Part shown: piece by piece, positions 14,597 to 16,563 of the stretch | Layout: the number at the start of each line of letters is the position of its first letter | Position numbering within the stretch: position 1 is the first letter of the stretch | Source of the DNA: an uncultured archaeon | GTDB lineage: Archaea > Asgardarchaeota > Heimdallarchaeia > Heimdallarchaeales > Heimdallarchaeaceae | Assembly (NCBI GenBank): GCA_964549075.1 | Contig: CAZJUB010000058.1 | Location: 1-16,563, forward strand | Length of the DNA: 16,563 bases | Reading direction: 5' to 3' | Translations under genes and position numbers: made by a program | Notes under the pieces: generated by a model | What the model was told of the DNA's origin: nothing | Databases searched by the model: none | What the model saw: the letters and a program-made list of their open reading frames with translations, nothing else

Positions 14597-16563
14597 ATGG
14601 ATTCCCAAAAGCAACAACGCATCACTGAACATCCTATATTGTTAGAAGATGATTTTGAATTCGTATCGTTTTCATTTGATGGAAAACCGTTATTAGGTAA
14701 GAAAGGAGAGATGTTATCTTCTGCCTTAATAGCTAATGGTATACAAATATTCGGACATCACCCTAAAGATGGTGCACCTCAAGGTATTTTTTGTGCTAAT
14801 GGTCAATGTTCTCAATGCACAGTAATTGTTGATGGTATTGCAGTTAAATCTTGTATGACCCCCTTAGTTGAAGGAATGAAGGTTGAAAGCTTAGAAGGTT
14901 ATTCTAGTCTTCCTGAAGATGATGAAAAGTTTGAATTCCACAGTATAAAAACAGTTGAGACTGATGTATTAATTATAGGTGGAGGACCCGCTGGATTACA
15001 AGCTGCCATCACCTTGGGGGAATATGATGCTAATATTATACTAATAGATGATAAGAGTAGATTAGGAGGAAAATTACTTCTTCAGACGCACAAATTCTTT
15101 GGATCTGTTGCAGATTCATTCGCGGGAACCAGAGGTTTAGATATAGCTAAAATTCTCGAGAAAGAAGTGCGTTACATACCGAATATCGATGTTTGGTTGA
15201 GTAGTCCATGTATAGGGATTTTTTCTGATAAACTAGTAGGTGTTTTAAAAGGTGATCAATATTTCTTAATTAAACCTAAGAAGTTGTTAGTTGCTACTGG
15301 AGCTAGAGAAAAAATGCTAGCCTTTCCAGGAAATACACTCCCTGGAGTATATGGTGCTGGAGCTTTTCAGACTCTTGTTAATAGAGATTTGGTTAAATCC
15401 AGCGAGAAAATTTTTATCATAGGTGGGGGAAATGTTGGTATTATTGCAGGTTATCATGCTATTCAAGCTGGAATTGAGGTGGTGGGATTAGTTGAAGCTC
15501 TCCCTAGCTGTGGAGGGTATAAAGTACATGAAGATAAATTGAGAAGGCTTGGAGTACCTATCTTTACACGACATACAGTAATTGCTGTTCATGGTGAAGA
15601 TCATGTTAAAGCTGTTACTATCTCTGAAATAGATGAACAGTTTAAATCTATTGCTGGAACTGAAAGAACTTTTGAAGTTGACACAGTCTTGATTGCTATT
15701 GGTTTGGATCCTATCAACGAATTCTATCAGAAAGCAAAGGAGTTTTGTATGGATGTCTGGGCTGCGGGAGATGCTTATGAAATCGCTGAAGCTTCCTCTG
15801 CTATGTTCAGTGGAAAAATTGCTGGAATGAAAATTGCTAAGTCTTTGGGATTGACTGACGACGAAGTTCCCAAAGAATGGGAATTAAAAGCTGAAATTTT
15901 AAAGAGTCATCCTGGTATTGTAATTAAAAAAGAAAAACCGATTAAAGAGGAAGGGGTATATCCTGTTTTCCATTGTAATCAAGAAATTCCTTGTAATCCT
16001 TGCACATCTGTTTGTCCTAAAGGACTCATCGTTATACCTGAAGGTGGTCTTTTAGGGCTTCCTGAATTTCAATATCAGAAAGATGTAGAATGTATTGGCT
16101 GTGCTCAATGTGTAGCTGTTTGCCCTGGGTTAGCTGTAACTTTGGTTGATTTTCGTTCGGATTCAAACCATCCATTAGTTACTATTCCGACTGAGATTTT
16201 TTGTGGGAAAATAGCGGAAGGTGATGAATTAATTGTTATTGGAGAAGAATATCAGGAAATTGGAAAATTTGCTGTAGAAAAAGTACGAATTCTTAAAAAA
16301 TATCCAAACACACGGCTAGTTTCAGTTAGATTACCAAAAGAAGCAGCGTTGGACGCTATCTCCTTCAAACATCCTCAAGATCACGTGATTAAAGAGTTAC
16401 AGAAATACCATGATATTATCCCTGATGAAGCTATTATTTGCAGATGTGAACGAATAACAGCTGGAGAACTTCGAACACTTATTAGACAAGGAGTAAAAGA
16501 TGCTAACGAACTTAAGGCTATAACTAAGGTAGGTATGGGCGCTTGTGGAGCAAAAACCTGTAC
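14597..16563 (+). CDS. Multi-Fe-S FAD-dependent oxidoreductase (sarcosine oxidase alpha / L-proline dehydrogenase alpha-like fusion), 3' truncated by the window edge
   Basis: My translation: RITEHPIL; FCANGQCSQC..C (2Fe-2S); IIGGGPAG and IGGGNVG Rossmann motifs; ATGARE; CNQEIPCNPCTSVCP and CIGCAQCVAVCPG (2x4Fe-4S); IICRCE..GMGACGAKTC (BFD-like). The frame stays open to the end, which is why the track omits it. Confidence 0.92.
   Translation, partial: MDSQKQQRITEHPILLEDDFEFVSFSFDGKPLLGKKGEMLSSALIANGIQIFGHHPKDGAPQGIFCANGQCSQCTVIVDGIAVKSCMTPLVEGMKVESLEGYSSLPEDDEKFEFHSIKTVETDVLIIGGGPAGLQAAITLGEYDANIILIDDKSRLGGKLLLQTHKFFGSVADSFAGTRGLDIAKILEKEVRYIPNIDVWLSSPCIGIFSDKLVGVLKGDQYFLIKPKKLLVATGAREKMLAFPGNTLPGVYGAGAFQTLVNRDLVKSSEKIFIIGGGNVGIIAGYHAIQAGIEVVGLVEALPSCGGYKVHEDKLRRLGVPIFTRHTVIAVHGEDHVKAVTISEIDEQFKSIAGTERTFEVDTVLIAIGLDPINEFYQKAKEFCMDVWAAGDAYEIAEASSAMFSGKIAGMKIAKSLGLTDDEVPKEWELKAEILKSHPGIVIKKEKPIKEEGVYPVFHCNQEIPCNPCTSVCPKGLIVIPEGGLLGLPEFQYQKDVECIGCAQCVAVCPGLAVTLVDFRSDSNHPLVTIPTEIFCGKIAEGDELIVIGEEYQEIGKFAVEKVRILKKYPNTRLVSVRLPKEAALDAISFKHPQDHVIKELQKYHDIIPDEAIICRCERITAGELRTLIRQGVKDANELKAITKVGMGACGAKTC

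Noticed and set aside
14575-14628. 17-codon ORF overlapping the flavoprotein start
   Set aside because: Out of frame, with no SD or supporting structure; likely incidental.
1-16563. Selenocysteine/pyrrolysine read-through or CRISPR repeats
   Set aside because: TGA/TAG stops fall at natural domain ends with no evident continuation, and no regularly spaced repeats were seen.

Overview
AT-rich archaeal chromosomal window. Evidence for archaeal origin: Alba, NucS, FlaK/PibD-like peptidase, RIO kinase, KaiC/RAD55-like protein, A1-U72 tRNA-Gln and TATA-type promoters. An Asgard/Heimdallarchaeia-like origin is my impression only. The window holds about 18 CDSs, including a 3'-truncated multi-Fe-S flavoprotein missing from the ORF track, one canonical tRNA-Gln(CUG) and one anomalous tRNA. 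No integrase, transposase or CRISPR array was seen. The strongest unexplained signals: (1) a fully paired tRNA with a Gln/Glu-type body, GUU at the anticodon position, C37 and an A32-U38 pair, resembling non-ribosomal tRNAs; (2) immediately downstream, a palindrome-bearing promoter and an attenuator-like leader (uORF plus mutually exclusive helices) in front of a RIO kinase; (3) a SERCA-like P-type ATPase that has lost its Ca2+ site II ligands and carries a P4-flippase-like PISI motif in TM4; (4) a Pro-rich nucleotidyltransferase paired with a degenerate KaiC-like protein.
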